A stretch of 64,000 nt of DNA from a virus. Positions 55,178 to 62,668 of the stretch are shown one piece after another; the first letter of the stretch is position 1; each line of letters begins with the position of its first letter. A model generated the notes under the pieces. It was not told the origin of the DNA. It saw nothing but the letters and a program-made list of their open reading frames with translations, and searched no databases. The DNA is taken from IMG/VR virus record IMGVR_UViG_3300042898_002099; one strand, 5' to 3'. Position numbers and translations under genes: made by a program.

Positions 55178-55207
55178 TTTGTTTCCTTTTTGCTGTATCA
55201 TGTCTAT

Positions 55208-55248
55208 ATTATAACACCTTTTAGTACCCTTGTCAAATAAAGGGTTAC
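55208..55248 (-). promoter_or_regulatory. Early sigma70 promoter with ACCCTT/AAGGGT inverted repeat around -35
   Basis: TTGACA-17-TATAAT. Confidence 0.85.
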
Positions 55249-55344
55249 TTAGGGTTTCATTGTGTAGAAGTAATAAAAGAAGGGGCCAAATGCAATCGAT
55301 ACAAATAGCGCGGCTTGTGCTAGTTCTTTAAGCAAATTAATCAT
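55249..55344 (-). CDS. Small hydrophobic peptide (31 aa, not in track)
   Basis: ATGA coupling; MINLLKELAQAALFVSIAFGPFFYYFYTMKP. Confidence 0.45.
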   Translation of the reverse strand: MINLLKELAQAALFVSIAFGPFFYYFYTMKP

Positions 55345-55517
55345 GCTACCTTGTCCCATGCTTTCTTGCTCTCCATTGCGAAGATTGCATAAGCCTCAAT
55401 AGTCTTTTGAGTCTGGGCCATGGGGTTTGCTTTGACAAAAGCCACGAAGTCATGAAACTCCATGCCCAAGAAGTCTGCATCTGCTTCCAAATGCTTGATC
55501 GCTGTCTCTATTCTCAT
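55341..55517 (-). CDS. Hypothetical protein (SD-led start 55517)
   Basis: AAGGA SD; MRIETAIK. Confidence 0.6.
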   Translation of the reverse strand: MRIETAIKHLEADADFLGMEFHDFVAFVKANPMAQTQKTIEAYAIFAMESKKAWDKVA

Positions 55518-55546
55518 TCCAAGTCCTTTTGTGCTGTTCATGTCTT

Positions 55547-55605
55547 ATTATAGCACATTTTGGACATCTTGTCAAATAGTACCCAATCGCCCTAAAGGGT
55601 TACTA
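55547..55605 (-). promoter_or_regulatory. Early sigma70 promoter with upstream TAGTAACCC...GGGTACTA repeat
   Basis: TTGACA-17-TATAAT. Confidence 0.85.
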
Positions 55606-55637
55606 CCGGAGCTAGAGTAATAATAAAATATTAATCG

Positions 55638-55781
55638 TTAATCTAATATAGATAACCTCTCTGTGATAATCGCTATTAGCGTAGAGATAATAGATACTCC
55701 CAGCATAGCAGGCATAGAGATAATAAGAGATAATATCCCAGCAATAAAAGAAATAATATAAAAGATAACCGTCTTGTCCAT
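55638..55781 (-). CDS. Small membrane protein (47 aa, not in track)
   Basis: GGGAG SD; MDKTVIFYIISFIAGILSLIISMPAMLGVSIISTLIAII. Confidence 0.5.
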   Translation of the reverse strand: MDKTVIFYIISFIAGILSLIISMPAMLGVSIISTLIAIITERLSILD

Positions 55782-55857
55782 TTTGTTTCTATCTCCCTGA
55801 TTCTAACTGATTCACACACTTTTAGCCAACATAAATAGCCTTTTGTTTAGGCTCGAT

Positions 55858-55877
55858 TTATCCACAGGTTATCCACT
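55858..55877 (+). promoter_or_regulatory. Two tandem DnaA-box-like 9-mers
   Basis: TTATCCACA and TTATCCACT separated by 2 nt. Confidence 0.35.
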
Positions 55878-56294
55878 GAATAATCTATTTACTCTATAAT
55901 CTATTACATGATTGTTATCTAATTGCTTTACTGGCTCTACGATATAACCCGATACATTACCATATACTGAATCCTCTGCGGGCTTATACATCTCTACGCT
56001 ATATTCGTTCGTATAACTAATCTCTTTTTCAGCATTAATTCGTTCTGCTAGCTGATTAATCTCTATATCATTAGCCATTATACGCTTTGATATTGCTATT
56101 CTCTCTCGAATATCATCTATATCTGGTCGTTTAAAATACGTTCCTATATAGTATCCTTCTATATTAGATAATCCTACTAATTGCGTTGCGTGCTGTACAT
56201 AAACATATGATGTATTAACCTCATTTCTACGCTTATATACGAACTCATTATATTCTTCGTAAGTACCCGATACGATGTATTTCTTTTTAATCAT
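55869..56294 (-). CDS. Hypothetical protein
   Basis: 141 aa. Confidence 0.55.
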   Translation of the reverse strand: MIKKKYIVSGTYEEYNEFVYKRRNEVNTSYVYVQHATQLVGLSNIEGYYIGTYFKRPDIDDIRERIAISKRIMANDIEINQLAERINAEKEISYTNEYSVEMYKPAEDSVYGNVSGYIVEPVKQLDNNHVIDYRVNRLFSG

Positions 56295-56364
56295 GTGGAC
56301 CTTTATCTGTGATAACTATTACTACGAGTAATGCTATGAGTAAGAGAATTGCGAAGCCTGGCAT
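56287..56364 (-). CDS. Small hydrophobic peptide (25 aa, not in track)
   Basis: MPGFAILLLIALLVVIVITDKGPHD, abuts neighbours. Confidence 0.4.
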   Translation of the reverse strand: MPGFAILLLIALLVVIVITDKGPHD

Positions 56365-56490
56365 TTAGTCTTTACTTACGTTTATTCCAATTATTGATGC
56401 TATTATACCCAGGATTAGGTAATACACATCTTGCGTAGCTAGGGAGGTTATTGCGAAGATTATTGCTGTGGTATATGCTACTATATGCAT
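56365..56490 (-). CDS. Small membrane protein (41 aa, not in track)
   Basis: AGGA SD; hydrophobic; abuts neighbours. Confidence 0.45.
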   Translation of the reverse strand: MHIVAYTTAIIFAITSLATQDVYYLILGIIASIIGINVSKD

Positions 56491-56493
56491 GCT

Positions 56494-56763
56494 TTATCCT
56501 GAGATTAAATCGTTGATATTATCAGCAATATTGAATCCCCATTCCAGGTTATTCTTGTTGCATTCGTTAAATTCTTCCTCTGATTCAGCGTCGATATAAC
56601 CCTCGATTGCATATGCAAACCACGATGAAAATGTATCTGGATTTACTACACCATTAACAACTACACCAGGTTTATGCAGAATCTCCCAGAGTAAATCGAT
56701 ATTGGTAGTACCATCTACACAGGATTCTAGGTCTTCGTCTGATAGTTTAAAAACTGATTTCAT
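56494..56763 (-). CDS. Hypothetical protein
   Basis: 89 aa acidic. Confidence 0.55.
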   Translation of the reverse strand: MKSVFKLSDEDLESCVDGTTNIDLLWEILHKPGVVVNGVVNPDTFSSWFAYAIEGYIDAESEEEFNECNKNNLEWGFNIADNINDLISG

Positions 56764-57031
56764 AATCTTTTTTCTCCCTAGTATTATCTTCTTTATCGTC
56801 AGGGTTAATCTTTTTGAGCCATTTGGCCGGTGAATCCATTACGTGACCTTTACCCCCAAACTCCGATACTAATTCGTTCTGGGCTCTAACTGTCCATATT
56901 GTGCCATATTCTGAATGATTACCCTTGATTCGAATACATTGCACAATCTGACCTACCGACTGTCCAAATACTGATTCAATGATAATCGCCAGGCAACCCG
57001 GCTCTAACTCGTTACTCACGCTGTTATCCAA
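56747..57031 (-). CDS. Hypothetical protein
   Basis: PG.LA.I, WL.KI.P. Confidence 0.6.
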   Translation of the reverse strand: MDNSVSNELEPGCLAIIIESVFGQSVGQIVQCIRIKGNHSEYGTIWTVRAQNELVSEFGGKGHVMDSPAKWLKKINPDDKEDNTREKKDYEISF

Positions 57032-57327
57032 GTCTCTAAATCTTTAATCTCTAAGGTTTCAAAGCCATCATATTCATTAACTTTAAACTCTGTGCCTACT
57101 GGTAACCATTTTACTTCAAGATTATCTGCACCACCGAAATAATGCTCTGGATATTTGGCATCACAATATAACTGAATCGTCACTGAATCTGTACCATCCT
57201 CAACCATTTTCACCACTTCAGGGTCGAATAATATCTCGGGTAAATCGAAATTCCAAGTAGACCAACCAGCACCATATTCTGGTGATATTAGTACTGCTAC
57301 CTTACCCGCTCTAATTAGTTTATTCAT
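57016..57327 (-). CDS. Conserved phage hypothetical protein
   Basis: VAVL.SP.YGAGWSTWN, L.V.W.P.GT.F...EYDG.E. Confidence 0.75.
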   Translation of the reverse strand: MNKLIRAGKVAVLISPEYGAGWSTWNFDLPEILFDPEVVKMVEDGTDSVTIQLYCDAKYPEHYFGGADNLEVKWLPVGTEFKVNEYDGFETLEIKDLETWITA

Positions 57328-57532
57328 ATTTTAATTCTTCCCAAACTCGTTCTTTAACTACTGTATCTGTGGCTTCTTCGAAACCCGATTCCGTAGATAA
57401 TTGCGTCAATAATCCTGATACCTGATGCCAGGTTAATTTAGCACGCTTTGCTAAATCGACGATTCGATATACCTCATAATCGCCTTCTTCTGTGAACATC
57501 CCAAATTCTGGGACTACTATATTAATAGACAT
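57320..57532 (-). CDS. Hypothetical protein
   Basis: FGMFT.EG...V..IV, EATDT.V.E. Confidence 0.65.
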   Translation of the reverse strand: MSINIVVPEFGMFTEEGDYEVYRIVDLAKRAKLTWHQVSGLLTQLSTESGFEEATDTVVKERVWEELKYE

Positions 57533-57541
57533 ATTAAATCC

Positions 57542-57742
57542 TTATTCTAAATTAGAAATTGCAGTATCAACTTGATTAATGAAATAATCATTTTCAGCAT
57601 CTTCTAAAATAGTTTCAGTTTCAGCAAAAACTTCAGCATCCTCAGGGATAATTAGATCACGATATTTAATTTCGAACAAGCAACCTAAAAGCACTTGAAG
57701 TTGAGAGTAAGATAATTCGATTTTGATTGTTTCTTTTTGCAT
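57542..57742 (-). CDS. Hypothetical protein
   Basis: AAGGA SD, promoter upstream. Confidence 0.6.
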   Translation of the reverse strand: MQKETIKIELSYSQLQVLLGCLFEIKYRDLIIPEDAEVFAETETILEDAENDYFINQVDTAISNLE

Positions 57743-57767
57743 TTTGTTTCCTTCTTAATATGCCTCT

Positions 57768-57796
57768 ATTATAGCACATTTCGACGGTCTTGTCAA
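57768..57796 (-). promoter_or_regulatory. Early sigma70 promoter
   Basis: TTGACA-17-TATAAT. Confidence 0.85.
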
Positions 57797-57831
57797 CCGA
57801 AAGTATAGTAACCCTTTAGGGAGCCAGGGTA

Positions 57832-57860
57832 TTGACAAAACACTTGAAAGATGTTAAAAT
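57832..57860 (+). promoter_or_regulatory. Divergent (antisense) sigma70 promoter
   Basis: TTGACA-17-TAAAAT preceded by TAGTAACCCTTTAGGG. Confidence 0.65.
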
Positions 57861-58414
57861 CACTCTTCTTCAGTGTTGTCAGCTTCCCATTGGTACATGC
57901 TATCGCTGATACCAAACTCTGCATCAAGTTCTTCAGGAATCTTTTGCTCAACATCTTCTGCTGACATTCCAGACAACTCGTAGTAGTCATCGCAACCTTC
58001 TGAGTACATTCCAGCAAAGCCCATGCCTGGCTCATAGTATTTTGCCTCAACCTGAAAACCCATACGCTCTAGCTTTTCATAAAACGGAACAGGCGGTGCC
58101 CATGCTGTATCAAATACTGCCTCGAGTGTGTCCGGATGCTCTTCATAGATGTCTACGCTATGGCATTCCGTATCCCATTTCGTTCCCCATTCATTTACGC
58201 AAAAATCATACCAAGAGGCATAGCCAAACTTCTCAATGTTTGCTTTTGTCAATTCTTCGTCTGTCTGCGATGATGCTACTGTCTCAACTAACTGTTTTGG
58301 TACTGGGACAAACTCCGAAAAGAATTTACCTTCAGTCAAAGCCACGTGCGCTCGAATAATCATAGCGGGGTCTTCATGAGTGAGACGAACTGTATTACTG
58401 CACCAATTAGGCAT
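57860..58414 (-). CDS. DUF1281/YubB ferredoxin-like-domain protein
   Basis: MPNWCSN, WYD.....WGTKWD, FDTAW.PP, Y.EPG..F.G. Confidence 0.8.
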   Translation of the reverse strand: MPNWCSNTVRLTHEDPAMIIRAHVALTEGKFFSEFVPVPKQLVETVASSQTDEELTKANIEKFGYASWYDFCVNEWGTKWDTECHSVDIYEEHPDTLEAVFDTAWAPPVPFYEKLERMGFQVEAKYYEPGMGFAGMYSEGCDDYYELSGMSAEDVEQKIPEELDAEFGISDSMYQWEADNTEEE

Positions 58415-58423
58415 ATCTATTCC

Positions 58424-58699
58424 TTAAATCAAATCAATTTGTACTTGCTTACCAATCTGAGTGGTATTGTAACTTGTCATTCCAATGCCAGTTGGTATCT
58501 CTTTGTTTGCTCTTTTGGCAAAATAGCGATCACTACTCAAACGCAACAACCCATCCCATGCTGCTTGCTTTAAGCTGTGATGAGCATACACATTGAATAT
58601 ATTGCCGACCGTAGTATATATCCCAAACCCATCTATGATCACTCTGATCTTTTGCGAATTCTTCAAACCATCAACCAATGTCTTAGTACGCATTACCAC
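58424..58699 (-). CDS. Hypothetical protein
   Basis: MRTKT...GLK.SQK.RVI. Confidence 0.6.
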   Translation of the reverse strand: MVMRTKTLVDGLKNSQKIRVIIDGFGIYTTVGNIFNVYAHHSLKQAAWDGLLRLSSDRYFAKRANKEIPTGIGMTSYNTTQIGKQVQIDLI

Positions 58700-58914
58700 T
58701 CCTTTTTGTTGCCATTGGCTTCGTTGGTTTTATATCCTGCAGTGTATGCTTCGAGTTCTGATGGTTTCATCTGCTCCATATCAACACGACGTGTTCTGTA
58801 AGTATCGCCTACGAAATAATGTGGCCAATAGTCACGACCGTAGTATGAATCCGCCGTACCACGATCATATGGTCCACCATGTCGTTCATCGTATTTAATT
58901 TTTTCTTTAATCAT
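58693..58914 (-). CDS. Conserved phage hypothetical protein
   Basis: RHGGPYDRG.ADSYY.R...PHY, Y.AGY. Confidence 0.75.
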   Translation of the reverse strand: MIKEKIKYDERHGGPYDRGTADSYYGRDYWPHYFVGDTYRTRRVDMEQMKPSELEAYTAGYKTNEANGNKKEW

Positions 58915-58923
58915 ATTTTCTCC

Positions 58924-59238
58924 TTACCAAGCCAACTCTTTTGCTGGGAAACGAATCTGACCTTCGTAGTCTAACTGAGACTGCTCGAACTCTGTCAAGT
59001 AATCGTTGCCTACAATATTCCAGCTAATAATATTCTCACGAATATACTCGTTATCGCTTTCGATCTGATTACGTAAACAAAAGATTGCTTTGATCGCACC
59101 CTCATCGCCACCTTTAAAATTCTTGATAACGTAATCGCTACCACCCTTAGCTTTCCAATACTGGGGACACTCGCCGGTGCCGTCCCAGTCATGTGCGCCG
59201 TAATTTTCGTATACTTGAGTTTCGATGACTAATTTCAT
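58924..59238 (-). CDS. Conserved phage hypothetical protein
   Basis: TQ..ENYGAHDWDG.GECPQYWK.KGG. Confidence 0.75.
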   Translation of the reverse strand: MKLVIETQVYENYGAHDWDGTGECPQYWKAKGGSDYVIKNFKGGDEGAIKAIFCLRNQIESDNEYIRENIISWNIVGNDYLTEFEQSQLDYEGQIRFPAKELAW

Positions 59239-59265
59239 TTTGTTTCCTTTTTCTTACTATGTCTT

Positions 59266-59320
59266 ATTATAACACCGTTTGGACAAAAAGTCAAATACCC
59301 TTTTGTCAATAAGGGTACTA
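59266..59320 (-). promoter_or_regulatory. Early sigma70 promoter with TACCCTT/AAGGGTA inverted repeat
   Basis: TTGACT-17-TATAAT. Confidence 0.8.
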
Positions 59321-59321
59321 T

Positions 59322-59507
59322 TCATGCCCCGTAGTATTCGCCGTAGCCTTCGATTAGATCATTCTGCATCTGTTCTGTCTCAATGTCGTGTGCCAAAACC
59401 GCTACGGCTTCTTTGGGGAGACCTGTGATCTTAGCGATCGACTCGTTGCTAAGTCCCATTGCTACGCACTCTACGAGTTCTGCGTATAGATTTTTCATAT
59501 GGCTCAT
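59322..59507 (-). CDS. Small HTH-like protein
   Basis: G.S...IA..TG.P...V. Confidence 0.55.
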   Translation of the reverse strand: MSHMKNLYAELVECVAMGLSNESIAKITGLPKEAVAVLAHDIETEQMQNDLIEGYGEYYGA

Positions 59508-59806
59508 ACTGTCTCCTTTTGATCCATCATTTCAAAGATAATAAATTTTGCTACATTCAATTGCTTACGAATAAGTTCTTTTGTAGCTTTGCTGTTAACA
59601 CTAGCGGCATGCTGATATGCTGTGAGTTCTTGCACATCTGACAAGATGCCTGCTACGACCATTTCTAAACCTGCCGTTTTAGCAGTAATGCTTTCCATAT
59701 ACTGCGAACGAATGTCATCTGTGGTCATACCGTACATCTCGATTTCACGCTTGTAGGTTTCGTTGCTTGTAATCATATCGCCCATTGCTTTGTAATTAAG
59801 AGTCAT
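59504..59806 (-). CDS. Hypothetical protein (SD-led start 59806)
   Basis: MYG....I, ILSD.QE, RK.LN.AK. Confidence 0.65.
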   Translation of the reverse strand: MTLNYKAMGDMITSNETYKREIEMYGMTTDDIRSQYMESITAKTAGLEMVVAGILSDVQELTAYQHAASVNSKATKELIRKQLNVAKFIIFEMMDQKETV

Positions 59807-59838
59807 TTTATAAGTCCTTTTTGTGCTGTTCATGCTAT

Positions 59839-59867
59839 ATTATAACTCCTTATGGAAAAAAAGTCAA
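59839..59867 (-). promoter_or_regulatory. Early sigma70 promoter
   Basis: TTGACT-17-TATAAT. Confidence 0.8.
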
Positions 59868-59880
59868 AGCAAAGACCCGG

Positions 59881-59900
59881 CAAAGTACTCGGGTACTTTG
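59881..59900. repeat. Palindrome between divergent promoters
   Basis: CAAAGTAC-TCGG-GTACTTTG. Confidence 0.7.
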
Positions 59901-59907
59901 GCAGGCC

Positions 59908-59936
59908 TTGACAGAATACTAGAAAGATGTTATAAT
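59908..59936 (+). promoter_or_regulatory. Divergent (antisense) sigma70 promoter
   Basis: Perfect TTGACA-17-TATAAT. Confidence 0.75.
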
Positions 59937-59948
59937 CGCACCTCAGGA

Positions 59949-60062
59949 TTATGTTAACCATCCTTTTAGGGAAATATACGTTCCATCAGTATATTCGGCT
60001 TCTATTGAAAATGCGCAAAGACATAATAGATAAACCATTACCCACATTAAAGATTTAAGCAT
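59949..60062 (-). CDS. Small signal-peptide-like protein (37 aa, not in track)
   Basis: TAATG coupling; MLKSLMWVMVYLLCLCAFSIEA. Confidence 0.5.
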   Translation of the reverse strand: MLKSLMWVMVYLLCLCAFSIEAEYTDGTYISLKGWLT

Positions 60063-60271
60063 TAGATATTACCTGATTGAATATCAATTTGATATTGATT
60101 ATATAATCGATAATATATTTCTCTAATCTCATTAGGTAATTTGGTTGCGTCCCAAGGGTGTTTACCTGGATTATCTTCTTTATCAATTTGTTTAGCAATG
60201 GCATTAGCTAATTCTCGAGATAATTTAATCTCATTAGCAGTACCAATTGGATGTACTTCAAAATCGTTCAT
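60062..60271 (-). CDS. Hypothetical protein
   Basis: DFEVH..GT..EI..SR.LA. Confidence 0.6.
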   Translation of the reverse strand: MNDFEVHPIGTANEIKLSRELANAIAKQIDKEDNPGKHPWDATKLPNEIREIYYRLYNQYQIDIQSGNI

Positions 60272-60492
60272 TCAATTACTCCTAATTGTCGTTGAATAAC
60301 TTCTACAATTTCTTTACGCATACCTTCAGTCATTTCCAAATATGCCCATGCAGGTAGATATTCATCTAATCGATTTTCATCTAATGGTTGAGGCATAATT
60401 TTTTTAGCAAACTCTTCAAGTCTATCTACTGCCATCCATTTGCCGCTAATGTCTGTACCTACTTCTTTGATAACATCATGTATATTAATCAT
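60268..60492 (-). CDS. Hypothetical protein
   Basis: TD.SGKW. Confidence 0.6.
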   Translation of the reverse strand: MINIHDVIKEVGTDISGKWMAVDRLEEFAKKIMPQPLDENRLDEYLPAWAYLEMTEGMRKEIVEVIQRQLGVIE

Positions 60493-60770
60493 TAATTTTC
60501 TCCGTGATGAATAACTAAGTATTCGACATTTTTTATGTCCCTGATTGGTCGATATATTTGCTGTTCACCATCCCAGCCATCTTCACAAAACAAAGGATCA
60601 CCTGGTTGAACTGGTCTAAACTGTACCGTCTCTTCAGTATGATGAGATGTTACCGATAAAGATGCAGGTATCCTGCCGCTAAAATTCTTAGACGGAGATG
60701 TCAAGCATTTGCGCTCAGGTAAGTATTCGAACACTCTAAGAGAAACTTGAACAGCTGTATTCATTGTCAT
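60492..60770 (-). CDS. Hypothetical protein
   Basis: V.SHHT, EDGWDGE...YRP. Confidence 0.6.
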   Translation of the reverse strand: MTMNTAVQVSLRVFEYLPERKCLTSPSKNFSGRIPASLSVTSHHTEETVQFRPVQPGDPLFCEDGWDGEQQIYRPIRDIKNVEYLVIHHGEN

Positions 60771-60937
60771 TTTATAGTTGCTGGCTTATAATAATTACTT
60801 TGACCCAAGTCATTGATCGTTGCTTGAATTACTTTATTCGCAAATTCAAGTAAGATAACGTCAGTTGATTCCGAATGATCCAAGGGATCTCGATCCAGTA
60901 TTGTGACATATTCGTCGATCAGGTTATCAAGATTCAT
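60767..60937 (-). CDS. Hypothetical protein (56 aa, not in track)
   Basis: GAGG SD; overlaps neighbours. Confidence 0.5.
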   Translation of the reverse strand: MNLDNLIDEYVTILDRDPLDHSESTDVILLEFANKVIQATINDLGQSNYYKPATIK

Positions 60938-61097
60938 ATTCTTCCTCTTCTAGCATCGAGCAATAATCATTAAACATTATATTGAATCGGATTGGATCCA
61001 ATTCTTTGAGAGCATAACCAAAAGAATACTCAATGCCAGCTAGATCAACCGGCGGGTACTCATCGTTTAGCATATCCATAAATTCTTGTTCACTCAT
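60927..61097 (-). CDS. Hypothetical protein (56 aa, not in track)
   Basis: ML.D.YP.V...G..Y....ALK..DP..F. Confidence 0.55.
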   Translation of the reverse strand: MSEQEFMDMLNDEYPPVDLAGIEYSFGYALKELDPIRFNIMFNDYCSMLEEEEYES

Positions 61098-61098
61098 A

Positions 61099-61308
61099 TC
61101 AATCTTTCTTTGGGAATCGTGCTGTAGGATCTGAGCGAATCTTCATACCTGAATTTGATTTGCCCTTTGCTGATACTGGCTTAGGATTCTTTTTACCTTT
61201 GAGCACTTGTACTTCGCCACCTGCTGACATAAACTTAGCAAATGCTTCTTCAGACAAACGACGAGCTTCATCTCTTGAAACGGGCGGTAGTTCTTTTTCT
61301 TTCATCAT
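61099..61308 (-). CDS. Hypothetical protein
   Basis: F...GG.V. Confidence 0.6.
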   Translation of the reverse strand: MMKEKELPPVSRDEARRLSEEAFAKFMSAGGEVQVLKGKKNPKPVSAKGKSNSGMKIRSDPTARFPKKD

Positions 61309-61466
61309 ACGAATTCTCCTTGATTTGCCATGTAAACATCTGTAACTTCGACTGAGGGGTCATCTTCAAGCTCGAATGACAATGCCCAAGCTTTACCTAA
61401 TGATTCAGCTTCGACAGATCGAGTGAGTTCAAGACCATCTCTTATATATTCTATTGTCCAGTACAT
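61305..61466 (-). CDS. Hypothetical protein (53 aa, not in track)
   Basis: AAGGAG SD; ATGA coupling. Confidence 0.55.
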   Translation of the reverse strand: MYWTIEYIRDGLELTRSVEAESLGKAWALSFELEDDPSVEVTDVYMANQGEFV

Positions 61467-61475
61467 ACTAGCTCC

Positions 61476-61709
61476 TTAAAATATTGTGCCTACAAATTGC
61501 TCGTAATCATAAAACGCTACGAGTTTATCATCTTTGAAGTAAACTGTCAAGCCACCGAGATCATCTCGCTCGTCATACTTACCAGCAACGATGACGTCAA
61601 AGCGTTCTTCGAGTTCTTCTTCATCTACTTCATCAGCTAAGTCTGAATAATCTACAGTATACTCAGAGTTGTTAATCAGTTCAGATTCTGCTTCAGTTAA
61701 ATTACGCAT
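61476..61709 (-). CDS. Acidic hypothetical protein
   Basis: 77 aa, very D/E rich; VA.YDYE. Confidence 0.65.
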   Translation of the reverse strand: MRNLTEAESELINNSEYTVDYSDLADEVDEEELEERFDVIVAGKYDERDDLGGLTVYFKDDKLVAFYDYEQFVGTIF

Positions 61710-61739
61710 TTTATAGACCTTTCTGTGTTAATATGTCTT

Positions 61740-61794
61740 ATTATAGCACATTTTGGATAGCTTGTCAAGACAAAACCCTTTACAAGAAAGGGTT
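61740..61794 (-). promoter_or_regulatory. Early sigma70 promoter with AACCCTTT/AAAGGGTT inverted repeat
   Basis: TTGACA-17-TATAAT. Confidence 0.85.
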
Positions 61795-62098
61795 ATTGTG
61801 TGTTCAATGTTGGTAAGCACTCACCAATTAATTGACGCTCTAGATTGTGAGCGTTGACTTTACCTCGAACGATGGCAAGTTCCTGTGCAACGAATGATTC
61901 CGCCCCGTAGGACCTGATAGCGTCGCATAATAGCCAGGCTTTGCCTTCAGTCAATGCTCTACGAATGTGCTTTTGCACACGCACTCGCAGATCACGCTTA
62001 CGGAAACCCTGAGTAATACCAATATAGAAATCGCCAGTAACAACGTTGGTCAGGCAATATACTATGTGCTTGCGGTCAGATCGTTTTTTCCTTATCAT
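61793..62098 (-). CDS. GIY-YIG nuclease-family protein (start likely 62098)
   Basis: IVYCLTN..TG..YIG.T, R..KH, AIR.YG...F, E..LI....P.LN. Confidence 0.8.
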   Translation of the reverse strand: MIRKKRSDRKHIVYCLTNVVTGDFYIGITQGFRKRDLRVRVQKHIRRALTEGKAWLLCDAIRSYGAESFVAQELAIVRGKVNAHNLERQLIGECLPTLNTQ

Positions 62099-62104
62099 GT
62101 CATA

Positions 62105-62133
62105 ATTATATATGCTTTTGGACAAGGTGTCAA
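62105..62133 (-). promoter_or_regulatory. Sigma70 promoter, probably giving a leaderless mRNA
   Basis: TTGACA-17-TATAAT, ATG 6 nt downstream. Confidence 0.8.
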
Positions 62134-62140
62134 GCACTTT

Positions 62141-62353
62141 TTATTGATTATCTTTATTGAACCAATCTTTTTTCATCTGTTCCCAGACTTTATTAGGATT
62201 CATAATCATCCAAGGGATTATAATAAATGGTGTGATTATTATAAAGCATATTACTTTTAAATGTGCTTTGATATTATCTAGGTTCATTTGTTTTATCAAT
62301 ATACGGAGGATAATCAAATGATGTAAATTTGATTGGTTTCCAATATGCTGCAA
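62141..62353 (-). CDS. Small membrane protein (start uncertain, likely MNLDN)
   Basis: One hydrophobic segment. Confidence 0.45.
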   Translation of the reverse strand: MQHIGNQSNLHHLIILRILIKQMNLDNIKAHLKVICFIIITPFIIIPWMIMNPNKVWEQMKKDWFNKDNQ

Positions 62354-62459
62354 ATATATTATTCAAAAACAATATAGCAACGGATGCAATAACAATACCT
62401 ACACTTATTAGTATAGTGGCCATTACAAATACAATATAATTATCTAATCCCATAATCAA
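62274..62459 (-). CDS. Small membrane protein
   Basis: Long TM segment then NN....YWKP. Confidence 0.55.
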   Translation of the reverse strand: MIMGLDNYIVFVMATILISVGIVIASVAILFLNNIFAAYWKPIKFTSFDYPPYIDKTNEPR

Positions 62460-62668
62460 TCCTTACTCTTACCGCCCATTAACTTATTATATTCTTTTTC
62501 GGTTATTTCTTTAAAAGAATATTTCTCAACATAAAGCAGGGTCTTTTGAAAATCTAATAAAGATTTGAGTCCATGACCTTTTGTGGGAATTTTAAACTTA
62601 AATCCACCTTGCATCTTTACATCAATTTGAAAGAAGGCATCTTTGTTTACTTTAGTTGCCATTGCCAA
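62456..62668 (-). CDS. Hypothetical protein
   Basis: 70 aa coupled ORF. Confidence 0.55.
   Translation of the reverse strand: MAMATKVNKDAFFQIDVKMQGGFKFKIPTKGHGLKSLLDFQKTLLYVEKYSFKEITEKEYNKLMGGKSKD

Noticed and set aside
55676-55770. AGAGATAATA repeats as replication iterons
   Set aside because: Explained by Ile-Ile-Ser codons of a small - strand membrane ORF (55638-55781)
61793-62098. Intron-encoded or mobile homing endonuclease
   Set aside because: Only the catalytic GIY-YIG module, own promoter, no interrupted gene or intron structure visible
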